DNA from: an uncultured Nitrospiraceae bacterium
GTDB lineage: Bacteria > Nitrospirota > UBA9217
Length of the DNA stretch: 64,000 nucleotides
Direction: 5' to 3'
NCBI GenBank assembly: GCA_964447405.1
Contig: CAYUSP010000003.1
Location: 691,723-755,722, forward strand
How positions within the stretch are numbered: position 1 is the stretch's first letter; each line of letters opens with the position of its first letter. The position numbers and the translations under genes were made by a program. This document shows, piece by piece, positions 62,271 to 64,000 of this stretch. Below the pieces are notes generated by a model. The model saw only the letters and a program-made list of their open reading frames with translations, was not told the DNA's origin and made no database searches.

Positions 62271-63023
62271 TTATACTGATATCGGTCGGATATCATGCAC
62301 ATCTATCTTCACCAGCACCGGTCCCGGTATGGGCGTGTTGCCCACGAGCAGCGGGAGTGCCCGACGCCGTGTCGGGGCTTTGATCCTGCCGAAGGTCCGA
62401 TAGTCTTCGCACAGATGCGCGGCGTGCGCCCATCCGCCAACGACTTCGGCAGTATAATCCAGCCTGCGAAGAAGGAGCTGATCATCAAAATAGAATATCT
62501 GCTTTGTGGAATGCACGGGGACGTCATCGGGGAAAGTGGCCTGGATCCGCGAAAGCCCTGACAATGCGCCCGGCAAGGGATCGAGAATTTCCGTTACGAC
62601 CCCTTTACGTGCCAGCAGGAATGGAATGGCAAGGTAACCCCAGGTGGCATAGCCTGCAAAGTAGATGAAGTCCAGGTCGTCCCAGTAAAATAGCCTGCGG
62701 AGCCCCTTGAACGCGTCTCGTGGGTTCTCCCTTCGCGAGAGTACCACGCCGTTGCTGTCAACGATCCGGACCTCTTTGATTCCGATGAGTTCGGCAGTCT
62801 GCCCCGGCTTCGGATAATCCAGAAAAGAAAACCTCGGCTCACGGATCGATGCCCTCATGAGAACCCGCTTCAGAACAGGCCGCTGCTTCGCGGTAAACAG
62901 GAAACCGCTTGCTGATATTTCCGCTTCCAGCGCTTCAAGACTGTTCCAGTACTCCAATCCGCCGTGCACTTCTATAATCTCTTTCACGATCTGTTTCGGG
63001 TCCTTCTCGATCATCGCGAGCAT
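62271..63023 (-). CDS. Hypothetical protein (250 aa)
   Basis: ORF with plausible codon usage. No recognisable family. Confidence 0.35.
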   Translation of the reverse strand: MLAMIEKDPKQIVKEIIEVHGGLEYWNSLEALEAEISASGFLFTAKQRPVLKRVLMRASIREPRFSFLDYPKPGQTAELIGIKEVRIVDSNGVVLSRRENPRDAFKGLRRLFYWDDLDFIYFAGYATWGYLAIPFLLARKGVVTEILDPLPGALSGLSRIQATFPDDVPVHSTKQIFYFDDQLLLRRLDYTAEVVGGWAHAAHLCEDYRTFGRIKAPTRRRALPLLVGNTPIPGPVLVKIDVHDIRPISV

Positions 63024-63043
63024 CCCTTCTCTGTACTTCTCGA

Positions 63044-63232
63044 CTACTCATCAATATCAGTGCTCTTTTGGAAAACCTGTGTATTCACGTTGCCGGACGC
63101 CGGCCCCCCGCATTCGGGGATGTAACAGGTAACATCCACATATTCGCACTTTTCCTTGCACGAGGGGCAGATTTCCGGAGGCCTGTCATCGGTTAGTGTA
63201 TAACCGCACTTGTTGCATTTCCATGTCGTCAT
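63044..63232 (-). CDS. Rubredoxin-like zinc-ribbon protein (~62 aa)
   Basis: MTTWKCNKCGYTL...EICPSCKEKCEY: two CxxC pairs. Start coordinate approximate. Confidence 0.4.
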   Translation of the reverse strand: MTTWKCNKCGYTLTDDRPPEICPSCKEKCEYVDVTCYIPECGGPASGNVNTQVFQKSTDIDE

Positions 63233-63306
63233 GTCAATCTCCTTTTTACAGGCAAACACACTGGTTTCGCACACGCTGTTCGCAGTCAATCCCGCTGACC
63301 GAAATG

Positions 63307-63786
63307 TCAGACGGCCTTTCGCGAAGATCGCGTTTTGGCTTTGGAAATCCCGGAAGGCCGGAGTTTTTTCCGCTGTGTTGTCTTCGGCGCATGCCAATTG
63401 TACGGGATGGGCTGAAGCATGCTCACGCGGTTGCCCTCAGAATCAATGAATGAGACATACGGTCCTACGCCGGGTATCTCCATGGGCTCGCCCAGTACTT
63501 TACCCCCCGCCTTAATCACTTTCTTTATTGATTTCCTGATATCGTCAACAGCAATAACGATAGAGGGATACTGCGCGGGCCAATCCGGTTTATTCTGGTA
63601 AAAGCCCCCGTTGATCGCGCCAGGCTTTTTGGGGCCGCTCTCGCCGGTTTCCGTGGTAGTTGCAACAACGTAATTGCCCATCTCCTTGCCAAGCATCTTT
63701 GTTTGCCAACCGAATGTTGATTTATAAAACTTCGCCATGCGCGTTCGATTGTCGTAGGGCATCTCAAAATGAACGACAGGGTCCAT
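63307..63786 (-). CDS. VOC family protein (glyoxalase/bleomycin-resistance fold)
   Basis: MDPVVHFEMPYDNRTRMAKFYKSTFGWQ... Confidence 0.7.
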   Translation of the reverse strand: MDPVVHFEMPYDNRTRMAKFYKSTFGWQTKMLGKEMGNYVVATTTETGESGPKKPGAINGGFYQNKPDWPAQYPSIVIAVDDIRKSIKKVIKAGGKVLGEPMEIPGVGPYVSFIDSEGNRVSMLQPIPYNWHAPKTTQRKKLRPSGISKAKTRSSRKAV

Positions 63787-63852
63787 ATCATATCCTCCTT
63801 AAGCACGAGTTGAGTGCAGCTACTATGCAGCATTATTGTTCCGATGTTCCGG

Positions 63853-63902
63853 TGATTGTCCCCTTATGCAAAAAGGCAGGATCCATCGCGGACCCTGCCT
63901 TT
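63853..63902 (-). terminator. Hairpin terminator (aaaggcagg ... cctgccttt) for a minus-strand gene entering from beyond the window end
   Basis: 9-bp GC-rich stem followed by a T-run on the minus strand. Confidence 0.45.
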
Positions 63903-64000
63903 GGTGAATCATTCCCTTTGGTATCAGTCGCACGAAGTCAGCGTCGTTGGATTGATCACATACCAGACATCTTTCACGCCCTGTCCATTCGTATCGCCAG

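Noticed and set aside
63170-63190. Apparent one-base discrepancy in a G-run (ccggagggcc) relative to the reading frame of the rubredoxin-like ORF 63044..63397
   Set aside because: I could not resolve whether this is my reading of the printed sequence or a real homopolymer frameshift. Coordinates for that small gene are therefore approximate, and the point is not raised as a finding.

Overview
This is a 64 kb window of high-GC (~58-60%) bacterial chromosome. Gene content suggests an anaerobic deltaproteobacterium-like (Desulfobacterota/Geobacter-like) or similar lineage, but that is a guess from gene content, not a database hit. The window is mostly core genome. It holds a complete type II secretion (T2SS) core operon (gspC-D-E-F-G plus three minor pseudopilins, minus strand, 1-7660). 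It holds a MurNAc salvage pair (NamZ-like DUF1343 plus a fused MurU/AmgK-like gene). Other housekeeping genes: CCA-adding enzyme, aroB-aroK-aroC, futalosine-pathway mqnB/mqnD, LemA plus M48 peptidase, fused MoaD-MoaE, CcdA, FtcD-like cyclodeaminase plus FolD, an OMP/porin, SecA and KatG. There is a ~9 kb signalling cluster: an NtrC-like sigma-54 activator, three sensor kinases, a REC-GAF-HD-GYP regulator and a PhnD-like binding protein. Also present: a cyclopropane-fatty-acid synthase gene interrupted by an in-frame TAG, c-type cytochromes, a P-type cation ATPase, and a MacAB/Lol-like ABC efflux operon (adaptor, ATPase, two FtsX permeases). The most unusual content is not a large gene cluster. 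It is a family of purine-rich terminal inverted repeats (ACCGCAGAGGACGCAGAGG type and GGACAGAAGTAAGAAG type). They bound mini-cassettes that carry a GxxExxY (PD-(D/E)XK-like) gene or an Avd-like four-helix-bundle gene. They also occur as gene-less 'empty' copies. Further repeat structures: G-quadruplex-capable CCCCTGR repeat blocks at every pseudopilin gene junction of the T2SS operon, and a ~200 bp IR-bounded MITE-like insert between the two permease genes of the ABC operon. Other points of interest are a zinc-ribbon plus DUF4145 (HEPN-like) gene wedged next to the aro operon, and a MerR-type regulator with a duplicated Cys-rich C-terminal motif paired with CcdA. No rRNA, tRNA, CRISPR array or obvious prophage was recognised by eye.
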